From: an uncultured Rickettsiales bacterium
GTDB lineage: Bacteria; Pseudomonadota; Alphaproteobacteria; Rickettsiales; CAYLHV01
Assembly (NCBI GenBank): GCA_964383745.1
Contig: CAYLHV010000003.1
Span: forward strand, 33,590 to 97,589
Reading direction: 5' to 3'
DNA length: 64,000 nt
Position numbers and translations under genes: made by a program. Below, in pieces: positions 46,424 to 55,871 of this stretch; the first letter of the stretch is position 1; each line of letters starts with the position of its first letter. The notes below the pieces were generated by a model. It saw only the letters and a program-made list of their open reading frames with translations, was not told the DNA's origin and made no database searches.

Positions 46424-48946
46424 ATGTCTGAGCTTGACAAAAAATATGACTATGCAAAAATAGAAAAAAAATTCAAAGAAAAATGGGCGGAATCTGGGGT
46501 TTATTCTTGGGATGAAACTAAAGAGCGTTCGGAAAATTTTGTGATTGACACGCCGCCGCCAACAGTTTCTGGTCTTTTGCATATGGGACATGTTTTTAGC
46601 TATGTTCAGGCGGATTATGTTGCGCGTTTTTTCCGCATGAAAGGGAAAAATATTTTCTATCCCATGGGTTTTGATGATAATGGGCTTCCAACAGAAAGGC
46701 TTGTTGAGAAAGTGAAGAAAATCAAGGCTAGTCAAATGGAGCGTAAAGAATTCGTCGCCATTTGCAAAGAGGTTGTTCAGGAATCGGAAGAAGAATTTCG
46801 AGATTTGTTCAAAACCATTGCCTTAAGTGTTGATTGGTCGCAAGAATATCAAACCATCAGTGATCATTCTAAAAGAATTTCTCAAAGTTCTTTTTTGGAT
46901 TTATTGCAGAAAAATTCAATATATCGCAAAATGCAACCAACTCTTTGGGACCCTGTAGACGCCACAGCCCTTGCACAAGCTGACATTGTTGACCAAGAAT
47001 TTAAAGGTGTCATGCATGAAATTGAATTTGGCGTTAAAGGTGAGCTTGAGAAAATTGTCATTGCCACCACAAGGCCAGAGTTGATTCCTGCTTGTGTGGC
47101 GGTTTTTTGTCATCCGGAAGATGAAAGATATCAATCGCTGATTGGAAAAACTGCTATTACACCAATTTTTGGCGTTCATTTGCCAATCATTGCCGATGAA
47201 GCGGTGGACATTGAAAAAGGCACTGGTCTTGTCATGTGTGCCACTTTCGGTGACATCATGGACATTGAATGGTGGAAAAAACATTCGCTTCCATTAAGAG
47301 TGATTTTGAATAAATTTGGCAAAATTGAAATTCAAGATTTTGAAAATTGGCCAATTGAGAATGTTGAGAAATTTAAAAATGCTGCTGCTAAATTCCAAAA
47401 TCTCAAAGTTAAAGATGCTCGTGATTTGATGAAAATTGAGCTTGGTGCTCATTTGCTCAAAGAAACAGAAGTGACGCAAATGGTCAAATGTGCGGAAAGG
47501 TCTGGTGCCCCTCTTGAAATTCTTGTCACTCCACAATGGTTTGTTAAAATTCTTGATCAGAAAGAAGCTTTGCTTGAAAAAGTAAATCAATGTAATTGGA
47601 ATCCGCCTTTCATGAAACATAGGTTGGAGATTTGGATTAATGGTCTGAATTGGGATTGGTGCATCAGCCGTCAGCGTTTTTTTGGCGTTCCTTTTCCAGT
47701 GTGGTATTCTAAGCGTCAAGGTGAGGAGGGTAAAATCATTCTTCCATCAAAAGAAGATTTGCCAATTGACCCAACCACGGATTTGCCAAAGGGCTATCAA
47801 GCTTTTGAAGTTGAGCCTGATTTTGATGTGATGGACACATGGGCGACAAGTTCTGTGACTCCTCAATTAAATAGTCACTCAATTTCAGAGGAATTTGCCT
47901 TTGACAGAGAGCGTCATGCTAAAATTTTCCCCGCAGATTTGCGCCCACAGGCTCATGAAATTATTCGTAGTTGGGCATTTTACACAATTGTTAAAGCTCA
48001 TTTACATGAAAATACCATACCATGGAAAAATTTGATGATTAGTGGTTGGTGTCTTGCAAAAGATAAAACCAAAATGTCGAAATCTAAAGGAAATGTTGTG
48101 ACTCCGATTGCGTTAATTAATGAGCAAGGAACCGATGTGGTGCGCTATTGGGCATCTACATCAAAACTTGGCGCCGACACGGCTTACAGTGAAGATGTGA
48201 TGAAAATTGGCCAGAAGCTTGTTAATAAAATCTGGAATGCTTCAAAATTTGTGTCTCTGCAAATTGGAAATGCAGATTTTTCAAAATTCACCACGCCAAA
48301 ATTAGACATTGAGTCTGGAATGATCTCAAGGCCAGTTGATCTATGGATCATTGAAAAGCTTGCAGAAAAAATTGAAAAATGTACGAAAGAGTTTGAGAAA
48401 TTTGAATATTCCAATGCGCGTGCAGAAATTGAGGAATTTTTCTGGAAAGATTTTTGTGATAATTATTTAGAAATTGTAAAGAATCGGGCTTATGATGAAG
48501 CAAAGTCTGATTTGCAAGGTCAAATTAGTGCGCAAGCCACTTTATTTCATATTTTGAAAAATGTTTTGAAACTTTTTGCACCTTTCCTGCCTTTCATCAC
48601 AGATGAACTATATGAGCAAATTTTTGGAGCTGATCATTCCATTCACATGTGCGGTAATTGGCCAAAATTAGAGGAATTTCCGAATTCAAAATTTCATTTT
48701 CCAGAAGGTGACATGCTTGTTTCATTGCTTGATTTGGTCAGGAAATATAAATCTGAACATAACCTCTCTCCAAAATCAACTTTGCAGAAAATTGAAATCA
48801 TGAATTTGAAAGGGAATGCGGCAATTTTGTCAAATCACAGCATTAATGATTTTAAGAATGTCACGAATGCGCTTGAAATTGAATTTAGACATTTAGAATC
48901 ATCTGACATTCAGGGTGAAGATTTTGCTTTAAAAATTCCACATTAA
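46424..48946 (+). CDS. valS: valine--tRNA ligase (short, Rickettsia-like form)
   Basis: 840 aa with class I motifs HMGH (PPPTVSGLLHMGH) and KMSKS. Lacks the long C-terminal coiled coil of typical bacterial ValRS. Confidence 0.95.
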   Translation: MSELDKKYDYAKIEKKFKEKWAESGVYSWDETKERSENFVIDTPPPTVSGLLHMGHVFSYVQADYVARFFRMKGKNIFYPMGFDDNGLPTERLVEKVKKIKASQMERKEFVAICKEVVQESEEEFRDLFKTIALSVDWSQEYQTISDHSKRISQSSFLDLLQKNSIYRKMQPTLWDPVDATALAQADIVDQEFKGVMHEIEFGVKGELEKIVIATTRPELIPACVAVFCHPEDERYQSLIGKTAITPIFGVHLPIIADEAVDIEKGTGLVMCATFGDIMDIEWWKKHSLPLRVILNKFGKIEIQDFENWPIENVEKFKNAAAKFQNLKVKDARDLMKIELGAHLLKETEVTQMVKCAERSGAPLEILVTPQWFVKILDQKEALLEKVNQCNWNPPFMKHRLEIWINGLNWDWCISRQRFFGVPFPVWYSKRQGEEGKIILPSKEDLPIDPTTDLPKGYQAFEVEPDFDVMDTWATSSVTPQLNSHSISEEFAFDRERHAKIFPADLRPQAHEIIRSWAFYTIVKAHLHENTIPWKNLMISGWCLAKDKTKMSKSKGNVVTPIALINEQGTDVVRYWASTSKLGADTAYSEDVMKIGQKLVNKIWNASKFVSLQIGNADFSKFTTPKLDIESGMISRPVDLWIIEKLAEKIEKCTKEFEKFEYSNARAEIEEFFWKDFCDNYLEIVKNRAYDEAKSDLQGQISAQATLFHILKNVLKLFAPFLPFITDELYEQIFGADHSIHMCGNWPKLEEFPNSKFHFPEGDMLVSLLDLVRKYKSEHNLSPKSTLQKIEIMNLKGNAAILSNHSINDFKNVTNALEIEFRHLESSDIQGEDFALKIPH

Positions 48947-49662
48947 GAAACGGAAATCATTTTCAAGAAAGAATCTTCCAGGGTTTTTCCACCAGATTGT
49001 TTGGTGGCTTCTCCAGGGGTGCCTTTGAAAATGATTTCCCCTTCATGAATGATGGCGATTTTGTCGCAAATTTCTTCAATGTCTGAAAGCACATGCGAAC
49101 TGAAAAAGACGGATTTCCCTTTTTCTTTATGTTCTTTAAGCAGAATTTTTAACATGATTCTGGCTTTTGGGTCAAGTCCGCTCATTGGTTCATCTAAAAT
49201 TAAAAGAGGTGCTTGTGACATGAAAACCGAGATTAGTCCTAATTTTTGTCCCATGCCTTTTGAGAATTTGCTGATGCTTTGATCAAAACTTTCTTTTTGC
49301 AATGCAATTTTTTCACAAAAATCAAACACTAATTCTGGTGAGAAAGGGGCGTGATGGTGGTCTGTTGAGAGTTTTAGAAATTCTCTTCCTTTCAGAAAAG
49401 CGGAAGGTTGGAATTTTTCTGGTAAATAGCAAATTTTTTTTCTGGAATTTTCATTTCTGGATTGGACGCCAAAGAAACTCACATTGCCAGAATCAGCTTC
49501 AAGCAAATCTAACATGATTTTGATGATGGTTGTTTTTCCAGCGCCGTTTAGACCAATTAATCCAAAAATTTCATTTTCTTTAACTTCGAAAGAAATGTTT
49601 TTTAAAACCTGTTTTTCAAAGAAATTCTTATTCAAATTTTCAACTTTTAATGGAAGGTTCAT
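48943..49662 (-). CDS. ABC transporter ATP-binding protein (ABC-2/CcmA-like), no adjacent permease
   Basis: Walker A GLNGAGKTT, Walker B LILDEP and a degenerate signature FSKGMGQK. Its stop overlaps the valS stop (TTAA). Confidence 0.85.
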   Translation of the reverse strand: MNLPLKVENLNKNFFEKQVLKNISFEVKENEIFGLIGLNGAGKTTIIKIMLDLLEADSGNVSFFGVQSRNENSRKKICYLPEKFQPSAFLKGREFLKLSTDHHHAPFSPELVFDFCEKIALQKESFDQSISKFSKGMGQKLGLISVFMSQAPLLILDEPMSGLDPKARIMLKILLKEHKEKGKSVFFSSHVLSDIEEICDKIAIIHEGEIIFKGTPGEATKQSGGKTLEDSFLKMISVS

Positions 49663-49672
49663 TATTCATACT

Positions 49673-50866
49673 CTAAATATTTTCCAGAACTTCAGAAGGG
49701 AAATTCATCAAAGAGCTAATTTCACTTTCATAATTCCAACCAAAGTCATTAATGATGTTAATTGCAAATATATGATTCGGAGAATGATCAAGTAACCTTG
49801 AAAGAATGGAGATTGTTTGAAAAAAATCTTGCGGAATTGTTTTTTCACCAAAATGCTGCAAAGTTGCAAACAGGGCCAATTTCAAACAAGCAAATTTCAC
49901 AATTAACAAATTAGCAATGTCAGAAATTTTTCCATTTAGATCAACAAATGGAAAAGCGTGATTCAGAATTTGTAAAGAGCAGAATTTTTTCATAATTTCA
50001 TCAATTTGTGCGAAAGCAGAAAATTTCTCTAATTCTCTGATTTTCATTTTTAAATCAAGATTTGCATCTAACATGATAATGGCACAATTTTCAAAATCAA
50101 CTCTAACTTTAAGAAAATTGCAAATATGACCAATTAGTAGTTTAAGTTGTGTTGGAATTTTCTGTCCCGTTGATTTTGAAATGAGCAAAATGAATTGTAA
50201 AAGCTGGAAAATATTTGCAGAATTTTCAGCAAATTCTTCTTGGATTTCTAAAGAAGGTAAAATCAAATTCACTAATTCCAGCCAATCATTTTTTGGTAAT
50301 TGATCAAAGCTGCGAGCAATGAAAGCGAGTTTTCTGATGGCAATGCCATGGTCTTGTGAAAAGAGATTGATGATTTGTGCATTAATCTGGAAAGCCTCAT
50401 CAAAACTAATTTCTTGCCCATCAAGCAAATTTTTAATCTGCGCCTGAATTCTTTTAGGCTTCGCAAAACTCTGCCTAAAATTTAATTTTTCACTGGAGAA
50501 AATGATTCGCACAGTCTCAATGCAAGAAAGAGAAAGAGAGGTGAGGTAATTATCATGGAATTTTTTAATGATTCTTGGGTAAATGTGACAAGCATCGCTC
50601 AGAAAATCTTCCCCATGGGTTTTATGTAGTGCGCATAGGCCATTTTCTAAATTGACGCAAGAATTTTGCTCATTTTTCTTTAAAGCATAATTCTCTCCAA
50701 TTTGGTCCAAAGAATTAAGTAAACAAGGAGCTTTTTCCTTATATTTTTCTACAATATCCTTTCCAACAGGCACTGTCCAGGAAGCAGAGCAACAATTATT
50801 CGGGCATTTATCTGCCAGACATTTAAATTGTTGAACTGCAAAAAGCTCTATATTTTTCTCAATCAT
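49673..50866 (-). CDS. fliB: flagellin lysine-N-methylase FliB-like protein
   Basis: N-terminal cysteine cluster FKCLADKCPNNCCSASWTVPV, then C..L..GLC...K.G...LSDACHIYPR and SLSLSC.E, matching the FliB pattern as I recall it. Embedded in a flagellar operon. Confidence 0.6.
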   Translation of the reverse strand: MIEKNIELFAVQQFKCLADKCPNNCCSASWTVPVGKDIVEKYKEKAPCLLNSLDQIGENYALKKNEQNSCVNLENGLCALHKTHGEDFLSDACHIYPRIIKKFHDNYLTSLSLSCIETVRIIFSSEKLNFRQSFAKPKRIQAQIKNLLDGQEISFDEAFQINAQIINLFSQDHGIAIRKLAFIARSFDQLPKNDWLELVNLILPSLEIQEEFAENSANIFQLLQFILLISKSTGQKIPTQLKLLIGHICNFLKVRVDFENCAIIMLDANLDLKMKIRELEKFSAFAQIDEIMKKFCSLQILNHAFPFVDLNGKISDIANLLIVKFACLKLALFATLQHFGEKTIPQDFFQTISILSRLLDHSPNHIFAINIINDFGWNYESEISSLMNFPSEVLENI

Positions 50867-50869
50867 TTT

Positions 50870-51349
50870 TTAAGCCACAAAATGTCTAACTATATATTTC
50901 TGATTAGTGAAAACATGCTGGAAACCAATAGCATTTTTGACATCAATCACCAAAGGCGCCCTTAAATTCACAGATAATTTTGACGCATTAGCTTCAGAAT
51001 CATTATGAATGGTGACAATGAGCATCATGAGAAGGTCCTTCTGTGCAATGTCAAAAGTTTTTGCAGCTTTTAAAATGTCTTCTTTCTCTATGAGGTCATG
51101 AATTGTGATGTCTTCATCTCCGCTGTAGATTGGCAGAACCATGAAAGAAAGTTCATCATTTTCTAAAGATTGTAAAATTTTGAAATGTTCATTTTGTGGG
51201 AAATTAGCTAAACAGAAATTTCTAAATGGAATGCCAAGAAGACCGTCATTAAAAGCGATTTTCTTTTCAGGTGCAATTGAAATTTCTCCGAATCTCGTAT
51301 TAACTTGAGTTAATTTAGAATCTTCAATGGTTTTATATTTTAAAGACAT
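50870..51349 (-). CDS. fliW: flagellar assembly factor FliW
   Basis: 159 aa. FGEISIAPEKKIAFNDGLLGIPF...F.IL......F.V. is typical of FliW. Confidence 0.75.
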   Translation of the reverse strand: MSLKYKTIEDSKLTQVNTRFGEISIAPEKKIAFNDGLLGIPFRNFCLANFPQNEHFKILQSLENDELSFMVLPIYSGDEDITIHDLIEKEDILKAAKTFDIAQKDLLMMLIVTIHNDSEANASKLSVNLRAPLVIDVKNAIGFQHVFTNQKYIVRHFVA

Positions 51350-51370
51350 AATAATCCTCCTAAGATTTTA

Positions 51371-52297
51371 TTATTTTAAATAGTTAACAAGTGATAAATC
51401 TTGTGTGCTTGCATAAGATTTAAAAGATGCTTGCAAAGCAACGATATTATTATTCAAATCTATGCTTGTTTGAAGTGGGTCAGCATTAACAATTTTAGCT
51501 AAAGAATTTGTGGCATATTCATTCAAGCTCTGATATTGTTCTGTTACGGATTCAATAGTTCTCATATTATTTCCAAGCTTGGCTTGCAGTTCTGTTAATC
51601 CTGAAATTGCAGCATTGATTTTCTCAAAAGCAGCATTTATCAGGCTTAAATCTCTCTTATCACGTGCTTCAATTGCTATGTGATGTGCTGAAATTAAATT
51701 GATGAAAGCTGGGTCATTTGCGGTAATGCCATATTCAATCTGTAAATTGACATTCACATTTGCAACCGCAACCACATTGTCGCCTGAGTAATAATTAGCA
51801 GTATGTTGTCCTTGCAGAATATTTGTCTGTGTGTCAATTTTTCCAACTGGTGGAGATTTAATGCGACTGCCAGCAAATAAATATCTTCCTGCATAAGATG
51901 AGTTTAGATTATCTCGAATTGTGGCTAGATTATTTCTTGATAATGAGTTTAATTCCATCTTCTCAAAATTAGGGAGTGATTGAGCAGAAGCCAAAGAAGC
52001 TCGAAATGCACCAGCAACCTCAATAATTTGACGCAAAGAAATGTAAATTGCGCTCATTCTGTCAATTACAGCATTATTACTCTCTATGGAAGATTGTAAT
52101 TCTGTCCTTTTGGATTCAAGAGCCATCATATATTGCAATGTTCCTTCCTTTCCTAAATCGGTAAATTTTTCTGTTTTCTTCCCGCTATGAATTTGCTTTT
52201 CATTAGTTGCGACATTATCTCTCACCCTTTTCATATGATGCTGATATTCCATGTGCATTGAAAGCGTACTTCCTAAAACTGAACCATCTTTTGGCAT
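51371..52297 (-). CDS. flgL: flagellar hook-associated protein 3 FlgL
   Basis: 308 aa with flagellin-like N- and C-terminal helices (C-terminus DPLQTSIDLNNNIVALQASFKSYASTQDLSLVNYLK). Follows flgK. Confidence 0.75.
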   Translation of the reverse strand: MPKDGSVLGSTLSMHMEYQHHMKRVRDNVATNEKQIHSGKKTEKFTDLGKEGTLQYMMALESKRTELQSSIESNNAVIDRMSAIYISLRQIIEVAGAFRASLASAQSLPNFEKMELNSLSRNNLATIRDNLNSSYAGRYLFAGSRIKSPPVGKIDTQTNILQGQHTANYYSGDNVVAVANVNVNLQIEYGITANDPAFINLISAHHIAIEARDKRDLSLINAAFEKINAAISGLTELQAKLGNNMRTIESVTEQYQSLNEYATNSLAKIVNADPLQTSIDLNNNIVALQASFKSYASTQDLSLVNYLK

Positions 52298-52320
52298 TTG
52301 ATTTTACCTGTTAAAAAAAG

Positions 52321-55113
52321 TTAAAAAATCTTCAATAATTCATCAAATAGCTCTTGGACTGCAACCACAACTTTTGCAGCAGCGCGATAGGCAGCTTGAT
52401 ATTTTGTTAAATTAACCATTTCTTCATCCATTTTCACACCAGATGCAGTTTGGATCTTTTGTTCAAAATTCTTCAGAAATCCTTCATTCTTGCCTATTTC
52501 AGACTCATAGGAAATTTTCACGCTTGACGAAAATGAGATGATATCAGCAATATATCCGGTGAAACTATTCGAAGAAGTTGGTAGTCCACCTGCTGAATTA
52601 AAGTTAAAACTTTTGCTACTCAGTGTGATTAGCTCAATGATGATTTCATTTGCTCCTTCACCAACTTGAAAAGTGTTGGGCTCAATTGGCACTGACCTGA
52701 TGCCGTCATTTCCTCCAAATAGCTGCCCTGAAGGGGTGGTGCTGAGAATTTCGTTATTCACAGAGACCCCAATTGTTGCAAAATTCCCGGAAATTGTGAA
52801 TGAATTTCCAGAACTTCCCGGCTCATCATAGCGCACATCAAGTCCTTCGCTTGCAAATACGTTATATGTTGCTCTTTCAACATTTCCTGCAGTAGTCGGG
52901 TTTGTGGCATTTAATTTGGCTGCCAGATTTGCTAAAGTTGCAACGCGTGATGCGCCAATTGTCACTTCATTGTCAGTAGCAGCGGCTGCAACGAAAGTGA
53001 AAGTGACGCCATTAATTGTTAAAGTGTCATTAATTGAAGGATTTCCATCAAACATGATTCGTCCTTCAGCTTGAGAAATTCCAACAGTTTTTTGCACATA
53101 TTCTGTTGGAGATGCTCTTAATAATCCGCGTGAAATCAAGTTTGAGTTAAGTTGAATGTCATCACGAACCGTGAATTTTTGAGCGCTGCCTCTGAGTGTT
53201 TCATTTTCCACAAAGAAATTATTTAAATTGAAAAAATGTGAAAAATGTCGATTTGTTGGCTCAATAATGCCTGGTAGGCCGAGTTCTCGACTGTCAAGTT
53301 CGTCAAAGAAAATGCCATAATTTGGATCTAAGCTTCTGATGCGTAAAAATCCTTCTTGCCCATCTTCAACAACTTCGCCTTTTTCGTCAACAATTTCAGC
53401 AATTGCAAATGATTTGTTGGAATTGCTAGGAATAATTTCTCCATCTCCTGTGGCACTCATTGCCACATATCTGTCGTTTCTGACATTTAAATCGGTTGGA
53501 TTGTCATTGATTTTATATCTCAGTACGCTGGTTGAAATGATGCCATTTTCATCAGTGACTTTAACATCAACCTCAATGAAATAGGGCCCGCCACCGCCGC
53601 CTGCGAAATCCACTGTGTTGACACTTCCAGTTCTGATTCTGCTTCCTTTAGTGACAGTGAAGGCTGAAGGAAGAGCTGTGGTTAAGCCAGCTGCGCCTCC
53701 ATCAGTGACTGTGATTCCTTGCACCTCAAAAGTCGCATGCGTCTGCCCGTCATTATCCAACTCAAAATCGAAATTGAAAGTTCCATTTGGTGCTGTTGCA
53801 AAATCGGAAGTTGCAACAATTTTTAAATCTCGCAATGGTCCAAGGGAGACTGAGGTTTCGGTTGGAGCAAAATGAAAATATTCATTAATCTCGTCGATGA
53901 TTGTTTGCACAGAAGGTCTGCCAACTCCATTTCCGTCATCTAAACTTCCCAAATCTAATGTTAATGGGTTAAGTTTTTGCCCATTTGCTCGTGTCACTGG
54001 TTCTCCATTTGTCTGCAAAACAGCCATTCTGAATGAGCCGTCAAAATCTCGCAAATCTGTGTTTTTAATTTTTTTAGCTCCAGTCAGTGATTCAGCTGGC
54101 GGCACGCCTCCACCTTTATTATGTATGGCATTAAAAGTTTCAGCGAATCTGCTTGAAAAATTATCAAGCTGGGCTAGGATTCTTGGAATTTCCACATCTC
54201 GAATTTCGAGCAATCCTTTGAGTTTTCCTGAAGAGAGGGTGGTTTCAACAGTTTCTTCAAGTCCTTTTGAAGCAAGTTCAACCGCAATTCCGTCATATTG
54301 TTTCGTAGTGTCACTATATCTTTGAACAAGAATTTCATGAGATGGCACATCTTGCAGGAAAGAGTCAATTGAGAGTGCTGGTTGATATGTCAGTTCATAT
54401 CTGTCAATGTCAAGCAGAGAAATGCCATGTCCTGTGCTGAGTCTCACAGTTTGGTCGTCAGCAAATCTTACTTTTACATTAATTTCTTTTGTCAAAGATT
54501 GTAAAATATCGTCTCTTTTTTGGAGAATTGAAGGAAGAACAGAACCTCCTTTTGTATATCTCAAAATCACCCCATTAGTCTCATGCAAATCTTTGATGAG
54601 GCCATTAATTCTCACGGTTGAGGATTCAATCTCTAAATCCGTATTATATCTCATTTTTTGTAGATCATATGCCATTGAGGAGATGTGATCTGCGAGTGAT
54701 TTTGCTGAATCTACAGCAATTTTTCTGGCTGCAATATTTTCTGGGTTAAGTGATAATCCGTTTAATTTTGCAAAAAACTGGTCAATTTTCACATTTAAGC
54801 TTGCATATGAATCTGGTGAGCCGAGGAGGACTTGAACTTCTGCGAGAATGTCGTTAATTGCCTCGCTTCTGGAGAAAATTGATTGTTGATCTCTGAGTCC
54901 TGCCATGAGGAAGCTGTCGACTTTTCTTTCGATTGATTTAACATATGACCCTGACCCCACGCCATCAACAACCAAAGGCTGTTGATTAATTTCCTGTCTA
55001 ATGAATCCAGGAGTCATTGCATTTTGGACATTATGTGACGTCACAGAAAGTCCTTCTTGTGCAGTTTTGAGTCCAGCAAGCGCTGAGAATAAAGAAGATT
55101 CTAATCCACTCAT
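52321..55113 (-). CDS. flgK: flagellar hook-associated protein 1 FlgK (930 aa, very large)
   Basis: N-terminus MSGLESSLFSALAGLKTAQEGLSVTSHNVQNAMTPGFIRQE and C-terminus VKMDEEMVNLTKYQAAYRAAAKVVVAVQELFDELLKIF are canonical. GGAGG lies upstream of the ATG. Confidence 0.85.
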   Translation of the reverse strand: MSGLESSLFSALAGLKTAQEGLSVTSHNVQNAMTPGFIRQEINQQPLVVDGVGSGSYVKSIERKVDSFLMAGLRDQQSIFSRSEAINDILAEVQVLLGSPDSYASLNVKIDQFFAKLNGLSLNPENIAARKIAVDSAKSLADHISSMAYDLQKMRYNTDLEIESSTVRINGLIKDLHETNGVILRYTKGGSVLPSILQKRDDILQSLTKEINVKVRFADDQTVRLSTGHGISLLDIDRYELTYQPALSIDSFLQDVPSHEILVQRYSDTTKQYDGIAVELASKGLEETVETTLSSGKLKGLLEIRDVEIPRILAQLDNFSSRFAETFNAIHNKGGGVPPAESLTGAKKIKNTDLRDFDGSFRMAVLQTNGEPVTRANGQKLNPLTLDLGSLDDGNGVGRPSVQTIIDEINEYFHFAPTETSVSLGPLRDLKIVATSDFATAPNGTFNFDFELDNDGQTHATFEVQGITVTDGGAAGLTTALPSAFTVTKGSRIRTGSVNTVDFAGGGGGPYFIEVDVKVTDENGIISTSVLRYKINDNPTDLNVRNDRYVAMSATGDGEIIPSNSNKSFAIAEIVDEKGEVVEDGQEGFLRIRSLDPNYGIFFDELDSRELGLPGIIEPTNRHFSHFFNLNNFFVENETLRGSAQKFTVRDDIQLNSNLISRGLLRASPTEYVQKTVGISQAEGRIMFDGNPSINDTLTINGVTFTFVAAAATDNEVTIGASRVATLANLAAKLNATNPTTAGNVERATYNVFASEGLDVRYDEPGSSGNSFTISGNFATIGVSVNNEILSTTPSGQLFGGNDGIRSVPIEPNTFQVGEGANEIIIELITLSSKSFNFNSAGGLPTSSNSFTGYIADIISFSSSVKISYESEIGKNEGFLKNFEQKIQTASGVKMDEEMVNLTKYQAAYRAAAKVVVAVQELFDELLKIF

Positions 55114-55129
55114 TGTAATTACCTCCCCA

Positions 55130-55552
55130 TCAAACAGAGCTTTTCACAGAAATTGCTGGAGCTTTTTTTTGTTTTTTCACTTTTCCATCTTCTCCATAGA
55201 TTCTATTTTTGCTTGAAATCACTGCATCTTCAATTGCCTGCAGGATCAGTGCGTTAAATTCATTAGCAATGATCAATTTATCAATATTTTCTTTCATGGT
55301 TTTTTCCAATTCCAGAGAAAGAAGTGTCAAATCTTTTCTTTCTTCTTCATTCATGGAAGTGACAATTTCTGGATATTGTTTGAGAAGCACTTTTTGTGCT
55401 TCAAGCTCAACAACTAAGTCGGTTTTTTCTTGAGTTAAATCAGAAATTTTGTCTATGTCCATCTTATTCAGAAATTCATTTTCTTGTTTCAATAAATTCA
55501 AAATTTTTTCAGAAACATTTTTTATGTCAGTGATGATTTCTTTATGATCCAT
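55130..55552 (-). CDS. FlgN-like flagellar chaperone (tentative)
   Basis: 140-aa all-helical acidic protein directly upstream of flgK. Assigned by position and composition only. Confidence 0.45.
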   Translation of the reverse strand: MDHKEIITDIKNVSEKILNLLKQENEFLNKMDIDKISDLTQEKTDLVVELEAQKVLLKQYPEIVTSMNEEERKDLTLLSLELEKTMKENIDKLIIANEFNALILQAIEDAVISSKNRIYGEDGKVKKQKKAPAISVKSSV

Positions 55553-55555
55553 TTT

Positions 55556-55864
55556 CTATTCCCCCACATTTTGTAAAGATAAAATATTTGCAGTCACATG
55601 TGCTTTCAGGCCAGAAATGTCCTGGCTTGCCAGCAATTTTGCTTGTTCTGGAATGAGCAGAGATTTGAAAGTTTCCTCAGCCTTTCCTCCGCCAAATCGT
55701 GGATTTGATTTTGTGTTTTCTGGAAAAGTCTTTAAAAATTCTTGCCAAAAACCAGTCACAATTTCTAATGATAATTTTTCTGCATCTTGATTTTTTGCTT
55801 TCAAATTGCGCTCTTTTAAAGCAACATTTTGATCGAAAATTGTGGGATTTAGGTCAATATTCAT
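55556..55864 (-). CDS. flagellar rod-binding protein (FlgJ N-terminal domain type)
   Basis: EIVTGFWQEFLKTFPEN...FGGGKAEETFKSLLIPEQAKLLA resembles the Rod_binding domain. The ATG at 55864 is preceded by GAGGA, which overlaps the flgI stop. Confidence 0.6.
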   Translation of the reverse strand: MNIDLNPTIFDQNVALKERNLKAKNQDAEKLSLEIVTGFWQEFLKTFPENTKSNPRFGGGKAEETFKSLLIPEQAKLLASQDISGLKAHVTANILSLQNVGE

Positions 55865-55871
55865 AATTTCC

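Noticed and set aside
53339-54688. Series of + strand ORFs (53339..53584, 53615..53875, 53897..54325, 54407..54688), and similar antisense ORFs inside lon (4399..4986), kefB (27023..27571), the T1SS genes (29095..31652), valS (46882..47719) and others
   Set aside because: All lie antisense within long, well-supported genes. They have no recognisable motifs and show low-complexity composition typical of shadow ORFs.
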